From Chrysomallon squamiferum (lineage: Eukaryota; Animalia; Mollusca), in contig CM022673.1 of assembly GCA_012295275.1 (NCBI GenBank), positions 3,534,001 to 3,598,000 of the forward strand: 64,000 nucleotides of DNA, written 5' to 3'. Shown piece by piece: positions 13,513-28,874 of the stretch. Every line of letters starts with the position of its first letter. The first letter of the stretch is position 1. The notes beneath the pieces are model-generated. The model searched no databases. It was given only the letters and a program-made list of their open reading frames with translations, and had not been told where the DNA came from. The translations under genes and the position numbers were made by a program.

Positions 13513-14015
13513 TGCGGCTGTTTTCTACAGCTTGTTTGTACATACCTTATTCAACCTTCCTGTCCGCTGATCATTCGATGTTCGTACGATGATGTCGGAT
13601 GATAGACCAGATTACCCGCTTTATACTCGACTTTTCGAATTACTTTTTTTTTTTTTTCATCGATGTTTTTCTGTTACCGCCGCTAAACATTTCAGCCAGA
13701 CAAAAAAGTTAATTGTACAGTTTGTTAACAGCAAAGCCGAGTTGCGTGATTTTACGTCGACGCTGACCCCGTGTACGACGTCATGGTTGACGACGTAAGG
13801 GTTTGTATTTTGTTGTTCCATAACCACATGCATTCGCACGATTGTCAAAGAAAGCTATTGACAGGGGTGGCGGGTGAATGAATTACGCACAATAAAGTTA
13901 CGTACAGCAGAAATTGTGTTTCTTGTTTTGGAGAGCAAGCACGCGACTCTTCGGGGGGTCTGGCAGACGAAAAGGGTCGAGAAATGAACATTCTCACCTG
14001 TAGAAAACAGCCCCG
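13513..14015. mobile_element. Non-autonomous DNA transposon (MITE), about 500 bp, TA-flanked (Tc1/mariner-like)
   Basis: TIRs tgcggctgttttctacag (13513-13530) and ctgtagaaaacagccccg (13998-14015), 16/18 match, TA on both sides; an internal part recurs at 1021-1254. Confidence 0.75.
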
Positions 14016-14282
14016 TAATTTCAACAAACAGGTAAACAACCGCCCGCAAGCCAATGTACGTTTAGAACTTGTTTATAAATAACTGCCAGAAAGTGCACGT
14101 GTCCGCACACGCATATAAATACATACACACACATGCCTACGTACGTATGTACGTACATACATTCATTCATACATACATACAGACGCACATACAAACACAT
14201 ACATATTCATATGTACATTCGTACATTCATACATCTATCGACCCACCCATCCATCCTCCCATTCATACATACATACATTCAT

Positions 14283-14315
<33 letters not shown>

Positions 14316-15487
14316 CATACACACGCACCCTCACACATACATACATACATACATATATACAATGTAATGGCTTTATCAAGGTTTCGCAATGGTTAGTTAT
14401 TCACCTTCACAAAATAAAAAAAGTACTGTGTGTATGTAATATTTGTGACTTTTTTTAAAACCGTGTAACAGCTCAATTACATTTTATTTATACGCCGATA
14501 ACGAAAGAGTTCGTTTGGAGCAGTTGAAAAAAATATATATATATTAATATGGGTTTTAAAATTAATTAATTAATAAAATTATCACCATGTACATTTTAAT
14601 TTTTAATTTTCTTCTTCTTCTTCTTGTTATTTTTATTATTGTCATCATTGTCATCACTGTCATCTTTGTTATTATTATTATTGTTACCATTGTTGTTGTT
14701 GTTGCTGCTGTTGTTTATTTTACTTTTTAAAAGTGTATTTTACAGTAATAACAAAAGTATAAACTGATGGAACACTGAGGTAAAAATCACATTTTTTTAT
14801 GACTGGTGGTGAATGCGGCTTTTACCCCCGGGGACTGATCACGGGCGTATGCGTTAACGTTGTGTGTCAAATACCTTTGAAATTGAATATTATATTGCTG
14901 TCAGTTATTTCTACATGACTAAATACCTTTTTTTTATTATTTATTCACTAACTTATATCACAAAAATGTACACTTTTGAATAACAAAGTGTTACGTTTTT
15001 GCGTTGTTAGTGTGCATTCTTCCGTGACGATAATGAAGGTTTCGGTTTAGGTCAGTGCCTTTTCTAATACAACCACTTCAGTTGGTCAAAATGAACTGCA
15101 TTACCCAGTCAAATTACCGGTTGCACTGTTATACATTTAATGTTCCCTGCCGAGAAAATATGAAAAATATTTTTTCCATTCTTAAGTAACTGCAGGGGTA
15201 ATGAATATTAAAAAGATATATTTTATATATATATATATCTGTGTATATATTTATAGATATCATTGTCATCATCAAAATTATTATTATTTACGTTTTAACC
15301 GAATTAAATATTTCGATAAAATTTATATAACTTTACTTATTTTTTGTTTATTATTTTTATTTTCAGCTGTCATTTTGAAATATAGTGCAGTTTCGAAACT
15401 GTAAGTTACTTACCGATTTAATGTACAGCAGACATTTTATACTGTATTAGTTTTTATTCTGATTTATGGATTAAACAGTATCTCTTC

Positions 15488-15875
15488 GTCGTAAAGCAAA
15501 GCAATATGCTTTGGTGATATCCGTAAAACAAAACAATATGTTTTTCTGGTGTCGTAAAACAAAACAATATGCTTTAGTGGTATCGTAAAACAAAACAGTA
15601 TGCCTTTGTGGTGTAGAAAAACAGAGCAATATGCCTTACTAGAATCGTAAAACAAAATAATAAGCTTTTGTGGTGTCTTAAGACAAAACAATATGACTTA
15701 GTGGTGTCGTAAAACAAAACAATACGCTTTAATAGCATCGTAAAACAAAACAGTATGCCTTTGTGGCGTCGTAAAACAGAGCAATATGCCTTAGTAGTAT
15801 CGTAAAACAAAATAATATGCCTTAGTAGTATCGTAAAACAAAACAGTATGCTTTTGTGGTGTCGTAAGACAAAAC
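15488..15875. repeat. 31-bp minisatellite, about 12 diverged copies
   Basis: Unit approximately tcgtaaaacaaaacaatatgctttagtggtg. Confidence 0.9.
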
Positions 15876-16335
15876 CGTAATATATTTATGACGCACCATT
15901 CGTTTTCGCGGAATGGATATAAGCAGTATATTTTCTACGCCTCCGTTATGTTTATGAAATATTGCGACTCCGTTTAACCGCAAAATCCGCTAAGCTGTTT
16001 AGCTCGTACCAAATCGAGACATCCGCTTAAACAAAGGGTGAAGTTAGTGGCTTAATGACAATGTGCCCGGGCGCTGTACGAGAACGACAAAACATACCTA
16101 GGTTGCATAACCACTTACAAAAATATAGCCATGAATATGTAAGCATGTTGCGTCGGCGGTTTCGGAATACCTTACCAGAGGAACACCTGTGAAGCAATTT
16201 TCTAGAGGTGAATTAAAAACAAGGCAAAAAAATAAATAAATAAATCAATAAAAGAGAGTTTTCCCGCATATTAATATTTACTTTATCCTTACGTGAGGTA
16301 AGACAGTAGCCAGATGGTTAGAATTGTTGCACTAA

Positions 16336-16404
<69 letters not shown>

Positions 16405-16642
16405 CTATTGTTATTGCTGTTGTTGTTGTTGTTATTGTTGTCGTCGTCATCATCATTATTGTTGTTGATACTGTATTTGTAAATGCAAGCATTTTTAACG
16501 GGTTTTTTATGAATGTATGTTTGAATGCATATTTGTGTATGTAAGCACATACATACAAACATACATACGTGCGTACATCCAAAACATATGTGTATGTATG
16601 TATGTGAGTGTGAGTATTTATCTATGTATATGTGTATATACA

Positions 16643-16700
<58 letters not shown>

Positions 16701-17067
16701 TTTATGTATGTTACTTTGACTTCTTTCTGTTCATTCTTATTATAGTTTCAATACAGAGTGTATAATGCGATAAACATTTCCACAGTGTCTATACAGACAT
16801 TTCTCCCCCAGCATTTGACAACGTATCACTCTCCTGCTTCCCTTCCCCTTCTGTTGGGTAAAGTAATTATCAGCGTGGCGCTGGGCAATAAGCAGAGGTA
16901 ATAACTAGTTGTTGTCAATAGCGCCAGAGACAAACACGTGTCAACCTCAGATTACGACTTCTGCAGCGCTTTTTTCTGAACGCAGAAGTTTGATAAAAGG
17001 TAGAATATTGGCGTCACACGTCGCAAGTGCATGCATATTCTCTAGACAATCCCCGGGAAAAAATAAA

Positions 17068-17125
<58 letters not shown>

Positions 17126-19327
17126 ATTTAAGTGCGGTGGTTAGCCACAAAGAGCTTAATGTCGTCGACAGTTTTCTTCAAGCCGTTTAAGAAAAAAGAA
17201 ATTTAAGAGAGGAAAAATGGCAGTTCTGGCGCCATAGTTTTAAATCTAATTGAAGAATAAAATATTGGTGCTTTTATTTTTTATTTTTTAAAATTATTTT
17301 CTCTCTTATAGTTGTACGAAAAAAAAGAAATGAAGTAATTTAAAAACAAGAACAACAAAAAAAGTGGAAGAATGGAAATATATATGTATTGTACTCGTTT
17401 TGTTTTGTGTTTTTTTTTTCCTTACTACTATTGTTATCTTTTTAATTTACTTTTTATTTTATTTTATTTTATTTTATTTTATTTATTTGTTTATTTATTT
17501 ATTTATTTATTTACTTTTATATATATATTTTTTGAGTAGCCTACTTTTTATTTATATTTGATTAACAATTATTTCGTTTGTTCTTTTAAAATATAACACT
17601 TTTAACGTGCTATAAAATAAAGCAGTCAGCTAATAAAATTTACTTTTCTGTTTGTTATGTTCAGTTTTAATATAATTTTCTTTTATCTTTATAAAATTAT
17701 ATATAAAGATAATATATTTTATTATTATTAATCTATGCTTTTCTGACTGTATTTTAATTTTTAAATCTTTCCTTACAATTAATATCCAGTTCATATTTTA
17801 ACAATATTCAGTTAAAAAATTCTAATTTAGTTTCGTTAGTCACACATTGTCTAATTAAAAAAAAAAAAAAGCAATCGTTTCTCTGTTCAAATAATAATAT
17901 TAATGTAATCGTTTAAAAATAGAATTCATTTAATTTTAAAAAAATCTTATGTTAGATATTACATACATAAATAAAACATTAATTCTTAAAATAATAATAA
18001 CAAAAATAATTAAATCTGAAAAGGAATTCTATTTTTCTGAATCTTTTTTTCTGAACAAAATTTCACGTGTATCAAGTATCTAAGGACGTAAACGTTACGT
18101 TTACCTGTGAGTTTACGTACGTGTTCTGCGTATTTTATGTACGTTATAGTCTGTATGCGTGTGCGTGCACATACACACATATATTTATGAAAATGATGTT
18201 TTGACTTTTAATTTAATTTTTAAAGGTATGTATTTATTTTTATTTTTTTTTAATCAAAACGGGAAGTTTAAAAAATCATTATACTTTAAAATAATATGTT
18301 AATATGGTCTATATACTTCATATATATTTACGCTTCAGTTAAATTCTTATTTAAAATCTTCAGTCTTAAATTTTGACTTTCAGTTATTCTAACATGCTAC
18401 GTAAATGAAGTTACTTATTAAATAAATACACACACACGTTAAAGAAATAACAGTAATAACAATAACAATAAAATTAATATTAATATGGATCACAATAAAC
18501 ACAGTAACAACATTTACAGTAATAATAACAACAACAACAACAACAGTAATGGCAACAACAGCGATGACAACAACGACAACAACAACAACAATAATAACAA
18601 TGTTAATAACAACAACAACAGTAATGACAACAGCGATGACAACAACAACAAATAACAACAATAACAATGTCAATATCAATAACAACAACAACAGTAACGA
18701 GTAACCTTACCGAATGAAATGACAAAAGAAACAACACTAACCTCGCTGTCAGTTGTCCGAAACTTCAGTCGTGTTCGTATATTATCACCGCTGTCCAGTA
18801 AAAGGTTCTGTTTGCGGTAGTTTGCGGTAGTTTGCGTGAACTTAAACAAGCCGGTATGTATGTTACGCAACGCCCGTAGACGCTACACATAAAATACGTT
18901 CGCTGACAGTTATGCCACCAGTTCCGCATCGCTCGGATAAACAAAAAAAAAAAAAAAATTACGATTCATATAAACAACAGGTAAGAAAGGGCCGCGTACC
19001 TTCTGCGTGAAATAAGTGAGATACGGTGTTGTGGGGGGAGGTTCTTTTTTTATTTCTGAGATTAAGGTGAAAGTAACAGATGCAAGCCAAAGTTTGAACA
19101 GTTTAAATACAAATAAAATAGACACTGTCGGTAACGGGTTTGGGAGTGATAGGTAAGTAATGGGGTCGAATTGTGTTACCGGCTTTTCTCTCTCAGAGCA
19201 GATTTAATCTGTATGTTATGTTGTATTGGAGGAATTGTCATGAATGATATAAATGGATATATACAAAATATATATATATATATATATATGCGCACTAATA
19301 CATGTTTACCTTTATACGTATGTATAT

Positions 19328-19371
<44 letters not shown>

Positions 19372-20457
19372 ATATATATATTTAAATATATATATATACA
19401 CATTCATGCATACACACAAACATACAGTACAATTCAGCATAGACAGTACATACAAGGTTCATACGTTCTTCTTCACGCTTAAATTTCTCCTTTTCAAAAA
19501 GGAAATGTATTATAGATTCGGAAAATAAACACTGCATCACTGGTTTCTTAAACCGTGACACTTTAACTAAATCTGCATTTCATTGAAACTGAAGGATGGA
19601 AGTGACATACGTTATACAAGTGAGTGTTCAAACAAGCGTTTCAAAAACACGAATACTTTACAGCGCCAACTATTACTAGTAGTAGTAGTAGTAATAGTAA
19701 TAGTAGTATCATCATCTTCATCATCATCATTATTATTATTACTAGTATTATCATTATCAACTTCATCACATCATCATCATCATAATTATCTTATTATCAT
19801 CACCATCATTATTATTATCATTATCAACATCATCATCATCATCATCATCATTATTAGTATTATTACGGAAAGGTTGTCAAGTGCATCTACTTTCTCTACT
19901 GCTACTAATATATCACTACTATTACTAGTATCACTAAGATGTCCTCTTTTCCTCCTTCTTCGTTTTCTCCGTTATAATTATTAGTAGCTGTAGCTGTAGC
20001 AGTAGTAGTAGTTGTAATAGTAGTGGTGGTGATGGTGGTGTTGGTAGTAGGGTAGTAGTAGTAATAGTAGTAGTACTAGTAGTAGTAGTATCTTTTTAGG
20101 TGCAAGAGATTGTTGTATACATACAAACTGAAACTGACTCTCTCAGACATTCAAAATAAAGTCTTGTAAACAGATACTTCAATAACAACACAGTCTGATA
20201 ACACCAACCAGATATATGATGTTTGTTGTAAAAATAATAATATAATAAATACAGAAGTAAAATAAATAAATACGTAAGTAAGTAAGTAAATAAATAAATA
20301 AATAAGTAAATCAATAAATAATAAAATAAATAAGTAAATAAGTAAATAAATAAATAAACCATAAAATAAATAAATAAATAAATAAATCAAATCAAATCAA
20401 ATAAACGAATAAACAAACAAATAAACGAAGAAATAAACAAACAAACAAATAAACAAA

Positions 20458-20501
<44 letters not shown>

Positions 20502-20937
20502 GAAGAAATAATGGAATAAATAAATAAACAGATGAAACATTAACCTTAAAAATATACGGACTTCCTACATATGGTGTTTTTCATTTTATTAAAATCCAGG
20601 TCGCAAAAGGTTTTTTAATGCAGATTTAGCCTGCTCGTGTAATGCGGAAAAGATGATATGACAAGTAATTTGCCACAGCTGAACAATAAAATGGCAATAA
20701 TAACATTTAAATTCACTTTTGAAAAGCATCAGAAAGTAATTAGCATCAACTGATTATGCAGTGCAATAAGGAAAGTAGGTCAGTGACCAGATTTGTTTAA
20801 AAATGTTATTTATATGTGGTATGTATACAGTTGGTGTAAATGTTTTGTTGTTGCTGCTGCTGTTGTTGTTGTTGTTGTTGTTAGTATTAGAAATTTTTTA
20901 GAAAAATTCGAAAAATTCAAAGTTAAAATATTCATCC

Positions 20938-21000
<63 letters not shown>

Positions 21001-21890
21001 GACAGAACTGGAGAAACAACATTAAAAACAAACTGAACATACTTACAGCATTACGTTATAGTTTGTTTTCCCTCCCGCTGTGCTAACTGCTCGCAGTGCT
21101 GAAGTTGGCGACACGCTATTCGTATCACTACTGCATATCGGAACGAGTTGCGTATTATACTCACCGTTTGACGTGCGGGCTATCATAATCCACAGTACAT
21201 ATGTACTCATGGTTTGCATGGGTCTTCATGTGCTATTTGACACAATCGCCTCCTTGTGATCTTCTGCCTTCTGGACACAAGGGAAAGATAGCGTCTCCTA
21301 GTAACAACAGCGTGGTGCTTCTCAACGTAGGTCGACCCTACGGTTATTTAAAGATACTTACGACAGGCCCATTTACGCATAATATGTATATCGAAATAAG
21401 AGTCGAAACAATTAGGACTGTATATCAAAAGAAAGAGACGAAGTCAAGCAGTAATAATACTTGTAACAAAAAGGTAGGGGAAAAAAATATGAATTTTTTT
21501 AATTTTTAATTTTATTTTAATTTTTTTTTTTTTTTTTTTTTTTTAATTTTTTTTTAAATTATTTTATTAAGAACGATAATTTGTCCTTATTGGTGATACC
21601 ATATTATCACAGATTTCTGAACGTTGACTGAAGAGAGAAGAAGAAAAAGAAAGAGATAGAAAGAAAAGAAGGGGAAAACAGATGTAAGAAAAACTACTCT
21701 GTGAAGATATCGTCTATATCTAATGTGTTTGTTTCATTTTTTGTTTTTTTTTTTTTTTTTGTTTGTTTTTTTTCATGAACTGTCGAATAAGCAGAAATCT
21801 CTCATGTGCTGCTTTTTTCGTCAGGCAGGCTAAAATCGCAAGTCATCGTTCACCTGTTTGAACCACGGCATCTTGCACTTTAGTACGTCA

Positions 21891-21968
21891 CAGCCGAGGA
21901 GGCGAAGCAACAACCGCGTGGTCTAACATAGTGAACTGCAGGTCGCGCGTTCGAGTCTCCTCAGCTGC
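21891..21968 (+). mobile_element. Degenerate tRNA-derived (SINE head-like) element
   Basis: A-box-like GTGGTCTAA and B-box GTTCGAGTC about 30 nt apart; no valid cloverleaf. Confidence 0.4.
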
Positions 21969-22062
21969 ATCTCACGTGTGCGCGGTTCATTTCACTTCAT
22001 CCATAGAACAGTTTTACTGAATTTTGACCATGAGCAAAATTTTGTCAGACGTGTACAAGACA

Positions 22063-22156
<94 letters not shown>

Positions 22157-22477
22157 ATACATATAGATAAATATAGATATGTATAGATACATACACACGC
22201 ACGCATGTATGTACGCACCAACACATATGCACAGAGACAGACATATGGAAACTTCATCACAAAACAAAACAAAAATAAAAAAAGTTTTAAGCCTTATTAA
22301 ATCTTCGCAGAACTTCTGCTATACTATTTTCATTTTCGTTTTTTTTTTTTTCTGTCATTTCCGAAGTGAAGTGAAGTCAGCACGTGAGTACATTCATTTC
22401 TCGGTTAGTGTTAACTGTCACTAAACGTCTCTCTTCAAATTACGAAATCATAAAACTGCCTCACAAGCGGTATTCTC

Positions 22478-22632
22478 ACAAATGGGATGCCTAACAAATG
22501 GGATGTCTTACAAATGGAGATGTCTCATAAATAGAATGCCTCGTAAATCGGATTTCTCACAAATGGGATGTCTCAAAGCTGGGATGTCTTACAAATGGGA
22601 TGTCTTACAAATAAATGCGTTATCCCACAAAT
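22478..22632. repeat. 16-bp minisatellite, about 9-10 diverged copies
   Basis: Unit acaaatgggatgtctt. Confidence 0.85.
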
Positions 22633-23006
22633 AGTATGACTGACATTATATATTTGTATTATTTTCATAATTTTATGTATTTTCTTATAATATGCATATT
22701 TTGTTTTCTTCTTTCTTTCTTTTTTAAACTTAATAGCATCATCTTTATCAACAATATTATTATTATAAGTATTATCAATCTTTCGTTCCTATTTTTTTCT
22801 TTTAATTCCATTAACTTTAAGACTATCAAAAACTTTAATTTAATGTTTTTAATCCATACACTTTTTTAACAACTTCTTTTTAGAGTAAAACAAATTATTA
22901 TAGCTATTTAGATAACTGTTTACATACACACACACACAGACATACACACATACGAACATAGAGAGTCTGCTTGATTGGGAAATTCAGAAGAAAACTTTCT
23001 AACAGC

Positions 23007-23080
<74 letters not shown>

Positions 23081-23151
23081 TTTCTCTCTCTCTCTCTGAT
23101 TTTCTTTCTCTCTCTCTCTTGTCTGTAAATATATATATATATACATACACA

Positions 23152-23202
<51 letters not shown>

Positions 23203-23543
23203 CTAACATTAATATAACGATTTTTTATATATCATTTTCGTATGATTTACTTTTAAGATTTCGAAATGGGTGCAAAGTGTAGACGGGTATATTGGATTCA
23301 CACTAATGTTTGTTACAACTGAGTACGGGTTATATGCATAGAAATACTAGAAGGCACCAAAAAAAAAAAAAAAAGATTATATTAAATGAGAAAAGGTTGT
23401 TTATATATTCGATAAGTTTGTATATGTCAGTGTGTAGGTGGATGGGCATATCCATTTCAGTAGGATTTTTAATTTAACTAATCTATCTATCTGTGATTGC
23501 AGGTGTATAATTTACAATTATGAATATGTATGAGAGAGATAGA

Positions 23544-23587
<44 letters not shown>

Positions 23588-25449
23588 TTATACACATGTT
23601 TACACACACACACACGCATATGAATGTTTATGTTTATAGCTTTTTAGTAGATACATATTGTCAATTGACGTGTTTAATTATATATGTGTGTTTATGAAAT
23701 TCTGGTACCTCTGTCAAAATAATGTATAATAATCATGTGGTACATGTACGGTTTCTAGACATTTAGTTTTAGACTACAACACAGTTTTATATCATACTGT
23801 AGATTTATCAAATTATTATGCTTCTGTGAATTATGTTTAGACTACGATACAAAATTCTATACAACGTGGTAGATTTGTGGTTCTGTGGTTTTTATCTATA
23901 TTCAAACATTACTTATCTATCTTTTCTATATTACTTTTATTTATGTTTATAGCAGTGTATAGATTTATCAGATTCTATCATAACAAGACAGAATACATAT
24001 TCTGTAACAGATTTATCAAATTATTACACCACAAGAAAAAAAAAAAAAAACTTTATTTAACTACAAACAGCAGTTTACCGAACTATTTCACTGTTTATTA
24101 ACAATAGATTTTTCAAAAGCGACAGGTTCGAGTGTTTATTTAGCAATGAAAACAACAAAGGCGGGTAATCTAAACTCGTGTACAGGGTATTTCTGCACCT
24201 GTGTTTAAATTTAAAACACATAAAACAGTGCGGCTTGACATTAATCCCTCAGAATTCTTTCTGCACTGCTTCTTTTTTTTTCATTTTCATCTTTCTTTCT
24301 AGATTGTTTCGTTTTATCAGGTTTTTTTTAAATCGTTTCGTTTGATCACTTTATTGTAGACTGTTCCGTTTTATCAGTTTTTCTTTCGTTTTTTATATAT
24401 ATTTTTTTTTTTTCCAGTATGTTTAGTTTGACTCCTCTTTTTTTTTTTCTAGATTGTTTCATTTTCTCACTTTTTATTTCTTTCAAGATTGTTTCGTTCT
24501 CATTTTTTTTGTTTTATCTACATGCATTGTTTTCTTAGTTTTTTTTTTTTTTTTTTTTTTTTTCTGTAACTGCAAATCGAATCAGTAGCAAAGTCTTCTA
24601 ATACTAAACCAAACAACTGTAACAATGTTAATGTTTGAATGTAACCAGTTTAGTCTTCAGTAACACAGCAGTTCAGTAACCAGACCGCTAGTCTCTTGTG
24701 ACAGGCTCCAGGATCAATTTTTCTTGAATCACCTAACGTTCAAAATCCCGTTCCAGCCAGCGTACCATAATTATTTAGGTGTTTCAAACGTTGCACTATT
24801 GCTGCTTTCCTATCTATGCAAAGTGAATGCGCAGTAATGCATGACAGTGCTGCACGGGATAGCAGCAGTTAATTATACACACACACGTGAACACAGAGAC
24901 ACAGAGAAACTCTATATCAGTTTTCATTACACATATATCTAATTTTGCATCCACTTTTTTATTTATTTATCCATGCAATTTATTATATTTTCTGCTTACT
25001 TTCTCTCTCTCTCTAAATAAATAAATAAATAAAGTTAATGAGTAAAATTAAAAGTGATTTCTATCGGTCATACTTACGTGAGTCTGATAAATAAATTTTT
25101 CCCACCACGAATCATTCGCGACTAACTCGACTTTTTTAGGCGCCACGTAACAAATTTAGTAAGCACGTCAACAGTCACTGAATACAGGTCTCACGAACAA
25201 AAACGTTCGCGTCATTGTAACTATTATTTATTGCAGCATTAGGCATGTATTTAATAAACTGAAACCTGGCAGTCTGGCAGCGGTTGATAAAAAAACAAAA
25301 CAATCGACAAACAACACTGCAGACAAGTTCTGTTTATTTCAGTCATCTGCCAAAATACAAGGGGGAAACAAAAGTCTAAATAAAAGAGGGAGGGTTGTTT
25401 ATTTATTGCTGTCTGTATCTTTATGTCATTAGGTATGTCCATCAAGCAA

Positions 25450-25542
25450 ATACACACACACATACACACACACTAACACACATACACATTAACAAACATA
25501 TACATATACACATACACATACACACATACACACACACATACA

Positions 25543-25612
<70 letters not shown>

Positions 25613-25714
25613 TATACACACACATACACACACACACATACATATACACACACATACACACATACACACACACATACATATACACACATACACATACACA
25701 TACACACACATACA

Positions 25715-25746
<32 letters not shown>

Positions 25747-25752
25747 TACACA

Positions 25753-25794
<42 letters not shown>

Positions 25795-25832
25795 TACACA
25801 CATACACATACACACACACATACACACACACA

Positions 25833-25923
<91 letters not shown>

Positions 25924-26114
25924 ACACACACACACATACACACACATACACATACACACACACACATACACACACATACACACACACACACACATACACA
26001 CACACACACACACACACATACACATACACATACATATACACACACACATACACACACACATACACACACACATACATATACACACACATACATATACACA
26101 CACACATATACACA

Positions 26115-26163
<49 letters not shown>

Positions 26164-26178
26164 ACACATACACACACA
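25450..26178. repeat. Very long imperfect (CA/TA)n microsatellite, about 730 bp
   Basis: Direct reading; source of the HT and CV repeat ORFs. Confidence 0.97.
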
Positions 26179-26775
26179 CCAAAATAAACACACAGGCATA
26201 TGTCATGTACACATTTTCGTTATTATTTGAATAAGATAAGAAAATATTAAAAAAAAAAAAAAAAAAAAAAAATGCTCGAAGACATTCTTTCCTTAAACCA
26301 TGCAAGCCCTTCAGACTATTTTAACTGGAGGGAATGAACGCATTCTTCTGTTAGGTCAGTTTCAGACGGTTCCATTAATTCAAGAGCACCACACAGCCGT
26401 ACCCTTTTTCCTGGAAACAAACCCAGTCTGTGCTAGTAATAATCCAATCACACACGAATAATTGTGCCTTTGATTCTTAATATTTTCCCAAGTATGCCTA
26501 AAGGATGCGATAAAGCAGCAATAGCAGATGCCAGAGTTACTGACCTTGATGTTCACTTTTCAAAAAAAAAAAAAAAAAAAAAAAATGGGTGCTTCTGTAC
26601 CGAAGTGGTACTAAAACGTAGAACGTTAAAATAATTAAATTAAATAAATAAATAAATAAATATTGAAAATAAATAAATAAAAGTTGTATTTTTTTCCCGT
26701 TCAAAAATTGACACAATTCGGCGGATTGGAATGTGTGACGATTATTATGTAACCTATGCATTTATTATGATCATC

Positions 26776-26815
<40 letters not shown>

Positions 26816-27733
26816 GTCACCGTCATCACCAATATCATTTTCATTATTATTATAAAGCATCATTTATTTTATTTTCATTATCGCTAGAATTATTATTTAT
26901 TTCAGTAAGATCACAGCTGTTTTTATTCATTTATATCACACTAATTTTTCTTTCATCTATCATCATTATTATTTCTTTATTTATTATAATCATTATATAT
27001 ATATATAAAAATTAATCATTCTCATTATGATAATTATTTCATTCTAATAGTTTTTATTTATTTTATTTATCATAACGGAAATGTATTTAAAATTATCATT
27101 ATCATTATTTATATATGATTACAATCATTGTCATGATCATTATCATCCTTATTATTATTTATTTATCACTGTTATCGTTATAATCATTTCCACTGTAGTA
27201 ATCATTGTGTAATTACTTATCATCTTTATTATTTATCATTATCATCATTATAATCATTTTTCAGTCACAGTCTTTATAAAATTACTTATCATCATCACTA
27301 TCATCATCATTATTTATTTATCATCATTGTCATTATCCTCGTATAACCAGAATAAATGTAACCAGAAAGCACAATCAATGTTGTTCAAGCTGTTACTGTC
27401 GTCGTTATTCTTCTGTTGTTTAATTTTTTTATTATTATTATTTTTTTTTTTCAACAGTGTGGCGATGTTTTGGCAGAAAACTTTTAATGCACATTTCTTT
27501 TCTTTGCTTGCTACATTTAATTTACCTTCGCTGATTCACGGCTGACTTTGTGTGCGAGCTGTACAATTGTTGGCCACACAATTCGGAGTTTATCAAGTGC
27601 ACATGTCCTTTGAAAATAATTACAAATACACACAGGCGCGTAACCATGAAAGATTGCGTGGGATGTACTAGATTTCTGCCTTACAAATTAGCAAACACTT
27701 TTTTAAACTGTTTTATATATATATACTAATAAT

Positions 27734-27767
<34 letters not shown>

Positions 27768-27995
27768 TTGTTCTTTTCCTAAATATTTCTTCAAATGACG
27801 CGAAATTGGCTTTCTCTGTAAAATGGCACTCTAGAGAACGGTTCTTTTTCAATAACTACGCAACCACAACCACCAGAAAATTGTTCCCAGGCACTTTTCA
27901 AAATTTAATTTGCTTCGCAAGGACTCCTACAATTGTTCGGATAAATTTTATCCCACAGAGCTCGGGGGATAATAATAAAAATAATAATAATAATA

Positions 27996-28035
<40 letters not shown>

Positions 28036-28798
28036 GTCATTATAATAATCATAATAATAATAACAACCAAAATACAATTATACAAATAAAAAAAAAAAAA
28101 TAAACATTACCTTCTAAATGCAAAACAGGTGACGGAATAACATCCAGGAAACTTTGAAATTCCATTTGCATAAATCATCATTTGTAATCAGCCGCTAGTG
28201 GGTATTGGTTAACTCTATTGTGTTATTAGTGCAGACACACTTAGCACTCCAGGTGTTGATTCTTAATCAACTCAAGGACACACAGTACATTTAGTACACA
28301 TTTTCTTGTATCGTTATATCGCGTTCCATAAAATGTACTTAAACATTGCTGCTTCTGTTTGATGAAAAAAATAATAATAATAATAATAATAATAACATAT
28401 CGCTCTCTAGGACCCAGACTTGTATGTACATTATGCAATTGGACGTAAGCTTTCTTTCTTTCTTTCTTTCTTTCTTTATTTTTTTATTTTTTTATTTATT
28501 TATGTATTTTTTCCGTTCAAGTGCCATTCGGTTTACTAACTCCATAATATTTTTTTCTCATCATTTTCTGTTTCTGTGTGTCTCTCTCGCTATCTGTCTT
28601 TCTCTGTATTTCTCTGTCTATCTTTCTCTCTGTCTATCTTTCTCTGTCTATTTTATATATATATAGATAGATAGATAGATAGATATAGATATAGATAGAT
28701 ATATATGTGTGTCTTACTCTATTTCTTTCTCTGTATATTTACATATCTATTTATGTGTCTGTGGATCTCTTTTATTTCATATCCACTTTTACTGCTGC

Positions 28799-28874
<76 letters not shown>

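Noticed and set aside
15488-15875. 31-bp periodic repeat resembling a CRISPR array
   Set aside because: Units are contiguous with no unique spacers, there are no cas genes, and the context is eukaryotic.
21201-21509. 102-aa plus-strand ORF
   Set aside because: No recognisable domain, an in-frame stop just upstream, and the local splice signals favour the minus strand.
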